In this document: piece after piece, positions 1-12,078 of the stretch
How the letters are laid out: every line of letters begins with the position of its first letter
Position numbering within the stretch: the first letter of the stretch is position 1
NCBI GenBank assembly: GCA_000004695.1
Contig: CM000154.2
Coordinates: forward strand, 2,720,001-2,784,000
DNA from: Dictyostelium discoideum
Taxonomy: Eukaryota
DNA length: 64,000 nt
Direction of reading: 5' to 3'
The notes under the pieces: generated by a model
What the model saw: only the letters and a program-made list of their open reading frames with translations
Database searches by the model: none
Told to the model about the DNA's origin: nothing
Position numbers and translations under genes: made by a program

Positions 1-1923
1 AAGTTATCAAATCTATTAGCACAATGTTCATCGAATCCAATTTTAGGTCATTCAATTAGTTATCATATTTTAACATCAATATTAATATTGGTAGAGAATA
101 CATCACAACATCAATATATTGAAATCAAAGTTTTCAATCAATTAATTAATACTCTTTCATTGTTTATAACTGAACCTCATTTTAGAGTTCCACCAATCTC
201 ATCAATGGATGGAACTACAACAACAACTACTAGTGGTGGTAATGTTGGTGAAGGTAAAACTATAAATGGTAAACAAAAGAAACCATTACCTTCGATTTGT
301 AATCTTTCAATTTATCTCTTACAAGTTTTAATCGATAGATTGGACCCAAACGCTTTGATCGCAGCTTTTCCAAATAATCTATTAGAGAATTTAGCTAAAT
401 TATTAAAAAACTCTTTAAATATGGTCAATGGAAATCAAATCGATAATATTACAGCCTCTTCAGTTTTAAATTTATTAATTAGCTTTTGTAAACAACCATT
501 GGTATCTGAACAATTATTAGATAATAGAATCATTCAATTATTATCTGACCATTCTTTAAAATATTTACAATTCTCAATGGATCCATATTTAGCATCAACT
601 GAAATTTCTGCTGCTACTGCTTCAATATATGGTGGTATCAATTATTATTTCCATAATAATGATGATGATTATGATAATCATCGTCAATTTAATCAAAAAA
701 AGAATAAATGGCATAGAGTTTGGACTTTGGTTATTAAATTTTTAATTTCAGTTTCAAAACCATTGGAAAGTAGTGAAAGATTCATTGAACAATTATCAAA
801 TTTCATTCTATCTCATAAGGATAGACTATTCTATTATTTCGATTTATTCAATGAATTTGGTGCAACTCAACATTCTCAATACTTTACCAAACAATGGTTC
901 CAACAATTGGAGTATATAACTTCACTATTTTCAATATTCACAAAGTATACCAAACGTTATTACCTCTCAATGAATATCTATAGAGAATTCTTATCTTTAG
1001 CTTATCGTTTATTGGTTTCAATTTCAATTCAATGTTCAGAATTAAACTTTATTGAAAATAATTTCATACCAATAACAAAGAATGAAAAACATAAAAATTT
1101 AGTACAAGTTAAAGAATTTATTGATGATTCTCAAAGGTTACAACAACAACAACTTCAACAACAACAACAACTTCAACAATCTCAATTACAACAATCAACA
1201 CCATATAGAACCAGTCATTATCAACAACAATTATTACAGTTACAACAACAATTACAAAAACAACAACAACCACAACAACAAAATATTCAAAATTCATTCT
1301 TTAAATTCTCAATTGAATCAAATTATACACATATTATTAATAATTGTTTTACAATTTTAATTCGTATTAATGAATATGTTAGATCAAGTAATGAATTTGT
1401 ACCACAACTTACAATTTATCCAAATGTTGCAACTTTTGGAACTTTTGGTCAATTATCACAATATATCATTTCAAAATTATTCCAAATTTCAAATGTTGTT
1501 GATAAATTATCAAGAAATAATAATAATAATAATAATAATAACAATAATAATAATAGTAGTTCAATTTATAATAATTTAGAAGATCAAAATTCAATTTCAG
1601 TTGACGAATTATTAGATTTAAATTTATACAAAACAAAAATTAAACAAACCCTTGAAAAGAATACATTATTATTAATACTTTATGCAAAACAAACACCACC
1701 TTCAACTTCACCACAGGAAACCCTTAGAGAAAACCAAGTTAATAATATAATAACTCATCTTTTAAAACAACAATTTAATAATAATAATAACAATAATAAC
1801 TTCTCACAAAATAGAACTCCACTAAAAAATAATAATAATAATTTAAATAATAATAACACAAGTGAAAATGATGAAAATGATGAATTTCTTAACTTTTTAT
1901 CAGATTTGCAAAGAGTGAAATAA
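1..1923 (+). CDS. 3'-terminal part of a protein-coding gene; poly-Q/poly-N-rich hypothetical protein (CDS continues upstream of the window)
   Basis: The reading frame is open from nt 1 with no stop until TAA at 1921-1923. The track ORF 88..1923 begins at an alternative TTG. Long CAA/AAT coding repeats are typical of Dictyostelium proteins. I recognise no domain. Confidence 0.55.
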   Translation, partial: KLSNLLAQCSSNPILGHSISYHILTSILILVENTSQHQYIEIKVFNQLINTLSLFITEPHFRVPPISSMDGTTTTTTSGGNVGEGKTINGKQKKPLPSICNLSIYLLQVLIDRLDPNALIAAFPNNLLENLAKLLKNSLNMVNGNQIDNITASSVLNLLISFCKQPLVSEQLLDNRIIQLLSDHSLKYLQFSMDPYLASTEISAATASIYGGINYYFHNNDDDYDNHRQFNQKKNKWHRVWTLVIKFLISVSKPLESSERFIEQLSNFILSHKDRLFYYFDLFNEFGATQHSQYFTKQWFQQLEYITSLFSIFTKYTKRYYLSMNIYREFLSLAYRLLVSISIQCSELNFIENNFIPITKNEKHKNLVQVKEFIDDSQRLQQQQLQQQQQLQQSQLQQSTPYRTSHYQQQLLQLQQQLQKQQQPQQQNIQNSFFKFSIESNYTHIINNCFTILIRINEYVRSSNEFVPQLTIYPNVATFGTFGQLSQYIISKLFQISNVVDKLSRNNNNNNNNNNNNNSSSIYNNLEDQNSISVDELLDLNLYKTKIKQTLEKNTLLLILYAKQTPPSTSPQETLRENQVNNIITHLLKQQFNNNNNNNNFSQNRTPLKNNNNNLNNNNTSENDENDEFLNFLSDLQRVK

Positions 1924-2170
1924 AAAAAACTATTAAAAAAAAAAAAAAAAATATTCCCACGTTAAAAAGTAGTCGTGTGTTTCTTGGGTTTTAAAGAAAC
2001 CATAAAATTATATTTTTAATTTATTTTAATTTTTTTTTTTTTTTGCCTTTTTTTTTTTTTTTTTTTTTTTGACTTTTTTTTTGGCTTTTTTTTTTGTTTT
2101 GTTTTTTTGGCTTTTTTTTTTGTTTTGTTTTGTTTTGTTTTTTTTCGTTTTTTTCTTACCCCTAACAATA

Positions 2171-2884
2171 ATGTCAAGACAATATTATGTGCATTCTTGT
2201 CAATTTTGTAATAGAACTATTCAATTAGAATCCCATCATACTGATATTAATCAATTAATTGAAGAACATTTAACATCATGCAAATATGATGCACTTGACA
2301 AAGATAAACATTCATGCTCTTTAGCAGACTGTTTTGTTAAACAAACTTTCAAAAATATTTGTAATGATTGTACTTTAAATTTTTGTGATAGGTAAAATTA
2401 AATTTTATTTTATTATATATACATATATATATATATATTTCTTTTTTTTTTTTTTTTTTTTCTATTTTTTTTGGAAAAAAATGTCAAAAATATCTGAAAA
2501 TAAAAAAATACATGAATATCTAATTTTTTTTTTTTTCTATTTTTTTCTTTTTTTTTTTTTTTTTTTTTTCCGAAAAAAAAAAAAAAAAGTCATAAGAAAG
2601 CAACTGATCATAGTTGTAGTTCAGTATTTTCATGGAAAAATGCATCAAATAATCCAGCTCCACAAGCTCCAAAAAAGGTTATTATTGAAAATGAATATTT
2701 AAGAGCTCAAAAGAATCAAAAGGTAGAATTGGATAAATTAAGAAAAGAAATGGCTCAAAATAAACAAGAACTAAAAATCCGAGAAGAAAAATCTGTTGAA
2801 GAGTTAAATTCTGATTTAATTTTTTTAGAACAACAACAAGTTTTATATGATCAAATCAAATCAAATAACCAAAATAGCAACAAC

Positions 2885-2977
<93 letters not shown>

Positions 2978-3415
2978 TTTAGTGATAATAATAATATTAA
3001 TTTTAGTAATAATTACGATAAATCATCATCATCATCGTCAAATGTAACACCACCACAACCAGTAGTAACCAAGAAAAAACAAGGACTACAATCAAAGGCA
3101 GAAAAAGATCAAATTGAAGAATTAAGAAAGATTAGAGAGAATAGAAAATTAGAGTATGAATCAGATGATATTTCAGTTTGTGTAACTGTTATTTTATCAA
3201 ATAATGATAAATTAACAGCTCAATTCAATAAACAAGATACTCTCAAAAAAATTCAAGAATTTGTAAATAGAAATCGTTCAGATGGTGAGGAACCATATGC
3301 ATTATGTTTAAATGCAACAGGTCAACCATTATCAAAAAATGATATAAACAAAACTCTTCAACAATTACAATTATTACCAACTCCAACTTTATATGTTATT
3401 GTAAGTTATTTATAA
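2171..3415 (+). CDS. AN1-type zinc finger plus C-terminal ubiquitin-like/UBX-like domain protein (ZFAND1-like); join(2171..2391,2590..3415)
   Basis: ATG at 2171 (MSRQYYVHSCQFC...). A GTAAAAT donor sits after 'TGT GAT AG' at 2392 and an AG acceptor at 2588-2589. The spliced junction recreates the AN1 tail ...C-D-S-H-KKATD-H-S-C (Cx2Hx5HxC). Exon 2 (track ORF 2729..3415 extended 5') carries a coiled-coil, a long poly-N tract and a C-terminal beta-grasp-like segment (ISVCVTVILSNNDKLTAQF...TPTLYVIV). Confidence 0.6.
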
Positions 3416-3999
3416 TCACTAGTAATATTAATTAAAATCTTACTAATATATATATAATAAATAATAAATAATAATACAGCTTATAAAAGATTTAAAAGAA
3501 CAAATAAAAGAAGTAAAAAGAGCTAATAATCTCAGAGGTTATTTTTTCTCGAATAAATATTTAGAAATGGCTATTTTAGCAGCTGCTTTATTTTTTGCTT
3601 ATTATCTTTATAAAAACTATCAAAAAGAAACTCTTGGAAATCGTAATCGTCATCATCATCGTGATCATCACCATCGTGGTGATTATGATGATTATTATGA
3701 CTATTATTAAAAAAAAAAAAAATAAATAAATAAATAATAAAAATAATAAAAAAAAAAAATAAAAAAAATTAAATTAAATCTCTTTTTTAGAATTTTTAAA
3801 ATTTGGTAAATCTTTTATTTTTTTTTTTTCTTTATTTATTTATTATTATTATTTTATTTATTTATTATTATCATTTTATTTATTTTTAATTATTTATTTT
3901 CCCATACACAACTTAAATGTACATTTCAAATAAAAAAAAGATATAAATAAAAAATAAATTAAATTTAATAAAAACACACGACAAACTTGCTTTGTTGTT

Positions 4000-4032
<33 letters not shown>

Positions 4033-4035
4033 AAA

Positions 4036-4278
4036 ATGGCATCAAGAGTACAAAAGAAAGATGATGATGAGTCTGATTTTTTATTTGAAAATTTAGATAA
4101 AGGTCAAGTTATTCAAGAGAAAAGAGCATTTAATGAATCACCAATTCATCCAAGAAAATGTTCATTAGTAATTTCACAATTCCTTTACCTTTTATCAAGA
4201 GGTGATAGTTTTACAAAAACAGAAGCAACTGATATTTTCTTTGCTGCTACTAAATTATTTCAATCAAAAGATGTAAGG

Positions 4279-4331
<53 letters not shown>

Positions 4332-7148
4332 ATTTTTTAGTTTGTAAGTTAACTAATTAAAATTTTTTTTTCTTTTTATAAAATAATGATTAGATTCCAT
4401 TAAGAAGATTAATGTATTTATTGTTAAAAGAATTATCAACAATTTCACAAGATGCAATCATTGTTATCAGTTCATTAACAAAAGATATGTCACATAAGAT
4501 TGAATTATATAGAGCAAATGCAATTAGAATTTTATGTAAAATCACTGATGTATGTGTTGTTTATTTTTATTTTTCTACAAGAGATTTGTTTATTAATGGT
4601 GTTTTTGGTTTTTATTTTTTATTTGTTTTTTTTTTAAATTTAATAGAGTTCAATTTTACCACAAATCGAAAGATACTTTAAACAAAGTATTGTTGAAAAA
4701 GATCCACACGTATCATCAGCAGCACTTGTTTCAAGTATTCATTTATTAAAGGTATGTCCAGAGATTGTAAAGAGATGGGCAAATGAAGTTCAAGAAGCAA
4801 TCTCAAATAAATCAAATATGGTTCAATATCATGCATTAGCATTATTACATAGAATTAAACAACATGATCGTTTAGCAGTCTCTAAATTGGTTAGTAATTT
4901 AATTAAAAATTCACTTCGTTCACCATATGCTCAATCATATTTAATTAGATGTTGTGTTGAAGTTATTGAAGAGACAAATACAGAGTAAGTTTCAAAAAAA
5001 AAAAAAAAAAAAAATCAAAAAAAAATCAAAAAAAAAATCAAAAATCAAAAATCAAAAATTCATTACTAATTTAAAATAATTTAAAAATAAATAGAGATAG
5101 AATTTTCCGTGAATATATTGAATCATGTTTAAGAAGTAAGAATGAAATGGTTGCATATGAAGCAGCACGTTCAATTTGTACATTTAAAAATGTTTCAAAT
5201 AAAGAAATTAACTCTGCTGTTGGAGTTTTACAAAACTTTTTAAATTCAACAAAACCAACTTTAAGATTTGCTGCTGTTCGTACATTAAATAAGGTAATTA
5301 TTTTATTTATTTATTTATTATTTTTTTATTTTTTCATTTTTACTAATAAATTAAATCAAAATAATTTTTTTTTTTTTTTAGTTAGCACAAACTAATCCAA
5401 CAGCAGTTATACCATGTAATTTAGATATGGAAAATTTAATTACAGATACAAATAGAAGTATTGCAACATTAGCAATTACAACATTATTAAAAGTTGGTAA
5501 TGAATCAAATGTAGAGAGATTAATTAAACAAATTGCAAACTTTTTAGGTGATATCAATGATGAATTTAAGATTGTTGTAGTTGATGCTATTACATCACTT
5601 AGTCAAAAGTTCCCAAAGAAATACAAACATTTAATTATCTTTTTAAATAAGATTCTTAGAGATGAGGGTACATTACAACTTAAACAAGCAACATTGGATG
5701 CAATTTTAACAGTGGTAAACAATATTCCAGAATCAAAAGAGATTGCATTGACCGAATTATGTGATTACATTGAGGATTGTGATTTCCCTGATCTCTCTGT
5801 ACAAATTCTTCATTTAATCGGTCAAGAGGGTCCATTAACTTCATCACCAGCTCAATACATGAGATACATTTACAATAGAGTTTTATTGGATGGTGGAATC
5901 ATTCGTGCTGCCGCAGTTACATCAATTGCTAAATTTGGTCTTCTCTATGAACCAATGAAAGAAAAGGTTGTCATTCTTCTTCAAAGATGTCTTTTGGATG
6001 AAGATGATGAAGTTCGTGATAGAGCAACACTCTATCTTAAATTATTCAAAGAAAATGATGTTCGTTATCTCAATAAAGTACTCATGGATGATGTACCTGT
6101 ACCATTGAACAATTTACAAAAGAGTTTAGAGCTTTACTTACATCAAGGTGATTTTAGTGAACCATTTGATATCGCCTCTGTTAGTACCGTGGTTGAAACT
6201 TATCAATCACCACTTCTCGGTGATGGTAAATCACCATTCTCAACTGGTGCCTCTAAAAAAGGTGATTCTGTCACTGGTACACCAAAATCAAACAATGCCT
6301 CAAACAACAACAACAACAACGAAGAATCATCAGGCCCAGAATCATTTGCTACTAAACTCTCTCAAATTCCACAATTTTCAACTTTTGGTAAACTTTTGAA
6401 ATCAAGTGAATACATTGAACTCACTGAAACTGAAACTGAATATGTTGTCAATTGTGTTAAACATATCTATCGTGAACATATCGTATTCCAATTCAATTGT
6501 ACCAACACTCTCAATGAACAACAATTATCAAATGTATCTGTTAAAATGGTACCTTCCGATCCAAAATTATTAAAATATGAATGTTCAATCCCAATCGATG
6601 TACTCCCATACGGTGAACCACAACAATGTTATGTTGCCATTCGTTACATTCCTGCCAATGGTTATCCATTATGTTCATTCAGTAATGCCCTCAAATTCAA
6701 AGTTAAAGAAGTCGATCCATCCACTGGTGAACTCGATGAACCAGGCTATGATGATCAATACAGTTTAGAGAGATTGGAAATCGTTCCAAAAGATTTCCTC
6801 AATAGAGCTTTCGTTGGTAACTTTTCCGAGGAATGGAAGAAAATGTCTGAAGATACCCAATTAGTTCAAACCTTTTCTTTAGTTGGTGTTAAATCTATCG
6901 ATGAAGCTGTAAAACAAATCATTAAAACATTAGGTATGGCCCCTGCTGAAAAATCTGAAGTTGTCACTCCAAAATCTGCCAAACATATCCTTTATCTCAC
7001 TGGTAAATCATTAAATAATCAATTGATTTATGTTAGAGCAAGAATGAAGTTGGATCAATCTCAAACTAATACTGATGTAGAATTAACAATTAAATCCGAT
7101 GATGAATCATTAAATGATTTTGTAATTTCTGCTTTCATTGAAAAATAA
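4036..7148 (+). CDS. copG: Coatomer subunit gamma (COPI); join(4036..4272,4394..4549,4647..4984,5095..5293,5382..7148), about 898 aa
   Basis: Track ORFs 4036.., 4412.., 5147.. and 5427..7148 join through GT..AG introns (donors GTAAGG 4273, GTATGT 4550, GTAAGT 4985, GTAATT 5294; acceptors ..TTAG 4393, ..ATAG 4646, ..ATAG 5094, ..TTAG 5381). The spliced protein aligns along its length with COPG of animals and fungi: N-terminus ...[56 protein letters not shown]..., internal ...[42 protein letters not shown]..., and the appendage domain. Confidence 0.9.
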
Positions 7149-7389
7149 ATTTAAATTAAAGTTAATAAAATAAAATAAAAAATAAATAATAAAATGGTAA
7201 ATTAAAAAAAAAAAACCTAAATCTATTTTAATTCTATTTTTAGTTATTTATTTTTTAATCTGCATTTTTCTCAGCTTAATTATTTCTTAAATCTCTAAAA
7301 AATAAAATTATAAAAAACTTAATAAAAATTAAAAAAACCTAAGAATATAATCTATTTTATCCTGTAAAAAAACTTTGTTTTCAACAAAT

Positions 7390-7462
7390 GCCCAGATAGC
7401 TCAGTCGGTAGAGCGCAAGGCTTTTAACCTTGTGGTCGGGGGTTCGAGCCCCCCTTTGGGCG
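7390..7462 (+). tRNA. tRNA-Lys (anticodon UUU)
   Basis: GCCCAGATAGCTCAGTCGGTAGAGCGCAAGGCTTTTAACCTTGTGGTCGGGGGTTCGAGCCCCCCTTTGGGCG folds into a canonical cloverleaf: 7-bp acceptor stem, D-arm with A-box GCTCAGTCGG, anticodon stem CAAGG/CCTTG with loop CTTTTAA, T-arm with B-box GGTTCGAGCC. An identical copy sits at 48640..48712. Confidence 0.9.
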
Positions 7463-7491
7463 AATTTTTTAGATGGAAGAATTTGATCGTA

Positions 7492-7502
7492 GGCTCGATT
7501 CC
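7492..7502 (+). promoter_or_regulatory. ex-B box-like element (GGCTCGATTCC) about 30 bp downstream of tRNA-Lys
   Basis: Matches the B-box consensus GGTTCGANTCC outside the tRNA coding region. Dictyostelium tRNA genes are known to carry an extra external B box shortly downstream. Comparable motifs follow tRNA-Asp (minus strand, 8150..8164, GAAGTTCGGAATT) and the second tRNA-Lys (48739..48753, GAGGGTTCAACTCCC). Confidence 0.35.
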
Positions 7503-7905
7503 TAATCTAACCAATTAATATTATTTAAATTGTTTCTTTTGTGAATGAATCAAAGGAAAACTGTTAAATGTAATAACCATCTTTGGTTTATAATCTACAG
7601 AGAGGAATATTCATTAAAAGGCAATATTCCATTCTTTTGCTCTAGAATTAACATTATCGCACCTTCTAAATATGGTAACTTCTATTATAAAAAATATCAA
7701 AAAATCCATAAATAAATCTATTAATTATTGTTAATTTCCTTAATGGATAAACTCTGATTAATCAATATTAAAAAGGCCTTGGAGTTTATTCCATATTAAA
7801 TTCAATGGTTTACATTTTTTTTGTCCTTCTTTTTATCTTTTATAAAAAAAAAAATCCTGTAGAAGGAGATCCATCTTTATTTTTAATAATTGCTTTTTAG
7901 AATTT

Positions 7906-8084
7906 GTATTACATTGTTTAATATTAATAAGTTTTAATAATCATAATATAAATAATAGTAATAATAATATTAATGATTAACAATTAAACAATAACAATTA
8001 AAAATAATAATTTATTTAGTTTTAGAGTTTTCGTTCAAAACTTATAAGTTGAAAATAACGAAAACTGAAAAAAATGAAAAAAAT
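7906..8084 (+). mobile_element. TRE3-like non-LTR retrotransposon 3'-terminal fragment (copy C)
   Basis: About 180 bp sharing the core ...aacaattaaacaataa(c/t)aattaaaataataatttatttagtttt(t)agagttttcgttc(g/a)aaac...aaaataacgaaaactgaaaaaaatgaaaaaaa with copies at 50383..50536 (+) and 48842..49060 (-). Its A-rich end lies about 104 bp from the 3' end of tRNA-Asp, tail to tail. That is the known integration position of TRE3-class elements. Confidence 0.45.
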
Positions 8085-8187
8085 AATTCACGTTTTACAG
8101 CATTCATAATATTGTGTGTTCATTTATTTATTAAGATCAATACATCTAAAATTCCGAACTTCGGATTGTAGGAAATTATTCAAAAAG

Positions 8188-8259
8188 CTCCCTGTCCGGG
8201 AATTGAACCCGGGCCTTTCGCGTGACAGGCGAAAATCCTCACCACTAGACCAACAAGGA
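8188..8259 (-). tRNA. tRNA-Asp (anticodon GUC)
   Basis: The reverse complement TCCTTGTTGGTCTAGTGGTGAGGATTTTCGCCTGTCACGCGAAAGGCCCGGGTTCAATTCCCGGACAGGGAG gives a cloverleaf: acceptor TCCTTGT/ACAGGGA, anticodon stem TTCGC/GCGAA, loop CTGTCAC, T-loop GGTTCAATTCC. It is convergent with tRNA-Lys. Confidence 0.85.
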
Positions 8260-8299
8260 TATTTTAATTGGAAAAATATTAAATTTTTTTTAATAAAAG

Positions 8300-8567
8300 A
8301 GTAAGAGAAAAAACATCAACAACAACACTTTTTTTATTTGATTATTTCATTTTTCATATAAAAAAAAGACTTAAAAAAAATAAAATAAAATACACTTAGA
8401 ATAAACTACTTTATTTCTTTATTTTATTGTAATTTATTTTTTTCTTTTTTTTGAAAATTTTGCGAAGCAAAATTGAAAAAAAAAGGAAAAAATAATCAGT
8501 AAGAGAAAAAACATCAACAACAACACTTTTTTTATTTGATTATTTCATTTTTCATATAAAAAAAAGA

Positions 8568-8615
<48 letters not shown>

Positions 8616-9985
8616 CCGAAAACATTCTTTCAGGGAATTTCCAGAATTTTAAATTTTTAAAGTCGAATAAAGATTTTAAAGAAAAAAAAGAAATGAATAA
8701 ATTGGCAAATACAATAATGACAGAATCAACAGAAACATTGGCAGATAAAATCAAGAAATCAAATGAACTCAGAACAAAGTTCAAATATTTAAAAAATACG
8801 TACAGAACACTTGATAAAATAAGCGAAGCAATATACCACACTCAAATTGAACTAAAACAATATAAATTCATGATCAATATCCCAGATGAGATTTCCAACA
8901 ACTTAAAAGCAGAATTGGAAATTCATTTACAAGGAGATGATAAGATAATAATAAGTAAGAATAAATTCAAAATCCTAACTGACTGCAGAACTCAAGTAAT
9001 CAAGTACTCTAACGTTTTCAACGGAGTACTAAAAGGAGTTCACAGAGCAATAATAAAACCAAAAAAGATCTTCAAAACATTCAACTGGGAAAAATCAATG
9101 GACATAGTAGAAAAAACATTGCATGAAGAAGGACTGGAAATAATCAAATTAGATAATTTAGGTGAAAACCTGATAATACACTCATTCAACTCAATTATCA
9201 GTCCAGAGCACAAAGACCAGCTAATACATTGTAAACACATAACAATACTATTCCTCACTACAACAGAAGAAACAAAAAATCAAAGAAAAACAAATAAGGA
9301 AATCGAAGACGAAATCTCAGAAAATTCAAAAATCACGGAACTACCAAATCCCGAGATAAAGGAAAACACAAGAATAAACATAAAATCAAAAGAAGAATCC
9401 AACCATAAAAACACTAGCGAATCAAAAAATAACAACAAAAACAAAATAGAAAACAGAAAAGAAAATAATAAAGAAATCAATAATGACAACATCAAAGACA
9501 AGAGCAAAAACGAAAAAGTAAAGGAAAACGAAATTGAAAATAAAAAACCCACAACAATTAGAGCAACTACAACAACCACAACGACAGAAACGACAAACAC
9601 AATAAACAATATTGAAAAGAGAAAAGTACTTCGTGTCCCACCAATAACAGTAACATATAGTGTTGACAGCAAAGAGAAAAGGAAAATGGAGTTAACTGAA
9701 GATGAAGAAGCATTAGAAGTGGTAAGAAAGATGTTCGAAAATGAAGAAGAGAACAGAATTTTTGAAGAAAAAATAAATAACCTGTTGTAGGGAATTTTCC
9801 ATAAAATTTCACTACAGTAGCGTAGTGAATTTTATTATTTAATTTCACTACAGTAGCGTAGTGAAAAAAAAAAATCACTGACCTTAAATTTTTTTTTTTT
9901 TCAAAAAACAAATAAAGTTTATTAAATTGAAATTTTATTTTTTGTTTTAATTATTATTTTATTTATTTTTATTATAATTATTGTT

Positions 9986-10025
<40 letters not shown>

Positions 10026-10066
10026 CAATTTTTTTTTTTAAATTTTTTTCAATTTTTATTTGTTTA
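8300..10066 (+). mobile_element. TRE5-A (DRE)-like tRNA-gene-targeted non-LTR retrotransposon, 5' portion (A-module-like direct repeats plus ORF1), truncated at an assembly gap
   Basis: The element begins 41-48 bp upstream of the 5' end of tRNA-Asp (8259), the diagnostic TRE5-A integration distance. An 81-bp sequence (agtaagagaaaaaacatcaacaacaac...gacttaaaaaaaa) is directly repeated at 8300..8380 and 8498..8580, as expected for A-modules. An ORF1-like CDS follows at 8693..9790. After ORF1 come two copies of the hairpin ttcactacAGTAGCgtagtgaa (9809..9830, 9848..9869), a poly-T tract and then the N-gap. Confidence 0.55.
8693..9790 (+). CDS. Retrotransposon ORF1-like protein (TRE5-A ORF1 candidate), 365 aa
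   Basis: Track ORF. The protein is basic and rich in K/E/N, and it sits inside an element anchored upstream of a tRNA gene. The antisense ORFs at 9040..9911 are low-complexity artefacts. Confidence 0.5.
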   Translation: MNKLANTIMTESTETLADKIKKSNELRTKFKYLKNTYRTLDKISEAIYHTQIELKQYKFMINIPDEISNNLKAELEIHLQGDDKIIISKNKFKILTDCRTQVIKYSNVFNGVLKGVHRAIIKPKKIFKTFNWEKSMDIVEKTLHEEGLEIIKLDNLGENLIIHSFNSIISPEHKDQLIHCKHITILFLTTTEETKNQRKTNKEIEDEISENSKITELPNPEIKENTRINIKSKEESNHKNTSESKNNNKNKIENRKENNKEINNDNIKDKSKNEKVKENEIENKKPTTIRATTTTTTTETTNTINNIEKRKVLRVPPITVTYSVDSKEKRKMELTEDEEALEVVRKMFENEEENRIFEEKINNLL

Positions 10067-10166
10067 NNNNNNNNNNNNNNNNNNNNNNNNNNNNNNNNNN
10101 NNNNNNNNNNNNNNNNNNNNNNNNNNNNNNNNNNNNNNNNNNNNNNNNNNNNNNNNNNNNNNNNNN
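10067..10166. other. Assembly gap (100 N)
   Basis: Literal run of n. Flanking sequences are repeats, so the true size and content are unknown. Confidence 0.99.
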
Positions 10167-10760
10167 ACCTTAAAAATTACCTTTAAAATTACCTTTAAAA
10201 TTACCTTTTTAATGGCTTTAAAAGCGAGGTCCTGAGTTCGAATCCGTTATTTAACGGATAAATTTTTTAAAATTTTTTTTTTAATTTTTCAAAAATTACC
10301 CAAAAGGGATTCGATCCCCCGACCCTCTATCAAAGGGTAGTCTCATCAACCATTACACCATTTGATTGCTTTGATGAAAAATTTAAAAATGATAGAATAT
10401 TTTATCCCCATTTTTTTGTGCTAAAATTAGATCTTTTTTATTAAAAACCTTAAATTTATGTTTAAAGGAAATTTAAATTCACTTTAAATCTACTTTTAAT
10501 CTACTTTAAATCCTATTTAAAATTAATTTAAAATAAATTTTAAAGGTATTTTTAAATATCTTAAAAATTATCTTAAAAATTACCTTAAAAATCACCTTTA
10601 AAATCACCTTTAAAATCACCTTTAAAATTGCTTAAAAATTTATTTTAAAGCAAATTTTAAAGGCATTTTTAAATATCTTAAAAATTACCTTAAAAATTAC
10701 CTTAAAAATGAATTTTTTAAACGCGGCTTTAAATTCAATTTAAATCCAATTTAAATCAAC
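10167..10760. repeat. Minisatellite of 12-bp units (ACCTTTAAAATC / ATCTTAAAAATT variants) with interspersed tRNA-like B-box fragments
   Basis: Directly visible tandem arrays: accttaaaaattacctttaaaattacctttaaaatt at 10167-10200 and atcttaaaaattatcttaaaaattaccttaaaaatcacctttaaaatcacctttaaaatcacc at 10551-10720. Between them lie B-box-like GAGTTCGAATCC (10240-10251) and, on the minus strand, GGATCGAATCCC (10303-10314) next to a perfect anticodon-like stem-loop ACCCT-TTGATAG-AGGGT. No complete cloverleaf can be drawn. Confidence 0.5.
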
Positions 10761-10799
10761 TTTTCTTTAAATTTGCTTTAAAGGTGCATTTTTCTTTGC

Positions 10800-11079
10800 T
10801 GTGAAATAAAATTCAACGATAACACTACAATAATAACAGAGAACCAAATAATTCATAAAATCAAAAAAGCGAGAGATGCCGAATGGGATAGAACAAGAAA
10901 GATAGTAGAAAAACAACTACGTCAAGAACTAAGATGCACTGATAACCGAGAGTCAATCAATCGGACCGCATCAATAAAAAGAAGACTCGAAAAATTCAGC
11001 CACAACTGGAACTCGAAACTCATGACCATAAACATCCCGGAACACTTCATACCATACTGCTCATATAACACCAACTACT

Positions 11080-11113
<34 letters not shown>

Positions 11114-11197
11114 ATAACAATAATAATAATAATAATAATAATATAATAATAATAATATAATAATAATAATAATAATAATAAAAATAAGAATAACAAG

Positions 11198-11241
<44 letters not shown>

Positions 11242-12078
11242 AAACTCTCCTAGAACACACTCAAATTGAGTGATGTTATTAAAAAAAAAAAAAATTTTAA
11301 TAAAATTTCCAATTCAAATAACCTCTAGGCAAATCTTTGAAGCGATCTGGAAAAAAAGAAACAAATTTAAACATGATAACACAACCATACTCATCCACAA
11401 AGAGCAAATAATAAACACACTCAAAAAAACTCAAAAAGCTGCATGGGACAAAACAATATCAAACATTAACAAACTAATCAGAATACGAACCAACAACCAA
11501 GGAGATGAAAAGAAAAAAACACAAACAATCTCAAGAGCACTCCAATATGTCAGCAAACAATGGAACTCCCCACTCAACAAATCAAAATTACCACCACACT
11601 TAAACCAATTGATCACTACCATTAACACACTCTTTGGGTAAAAAATAAATAAATAAATAAATAAGTAAATAAATAAGTAAATAATCAATAATAATAATAA
11701 TAATAATATTAATAACAACAAAATAATAGCAATATAACAACAAAAAAAAAAAATAAAAAATAAAAAAAAAAAAAAAAAAATAATAATAAAAGGAAACTAA
11801 CCCTCTTTCAGAGGCCCTGTAAATATATTACAAATAAAATGAGATCAAGGAGATGCAACTCAGAATTGGGCTATCCCATTCAACAAAACAAAATTAATAA
11901 AATATTTAAAAAGATTAAATTAAAATAACAAACCAAGTTGGAAATGGTCCTTTAATTGTAAAAAAAAAACCTAACAATATTCATTACCACACATCCCACA
12001 CCCAAGAAATAATACTTTACTTTTTAAAATACATAAATAAAATTATTAATTATTGTTTATTTCCTTTAATGGATAAAC

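Noticed and set aside
4707-4712. GTATGT inside copG looking like a splice donor
   Set aside because: Reading through gives ...[21 protein letters not shown]..., which aligns with human COPG1 ...LHLLKCSFDVVKRWVNEAQEA..., so it is coding (Val-Cys).
10225-10380. Two tRNA-like segments (GAGTTCGAATCC T-loop-like motif; minus-strand anticodon-like hairpin with GAU loop)
   Set aside because: No complete acceptor, D or T stems can be paired. They are probably tRNA-derived or B-box-containing fragments within the retroelement and minisatellite cluster next to the N-gap, and are not functional tRNA genes.
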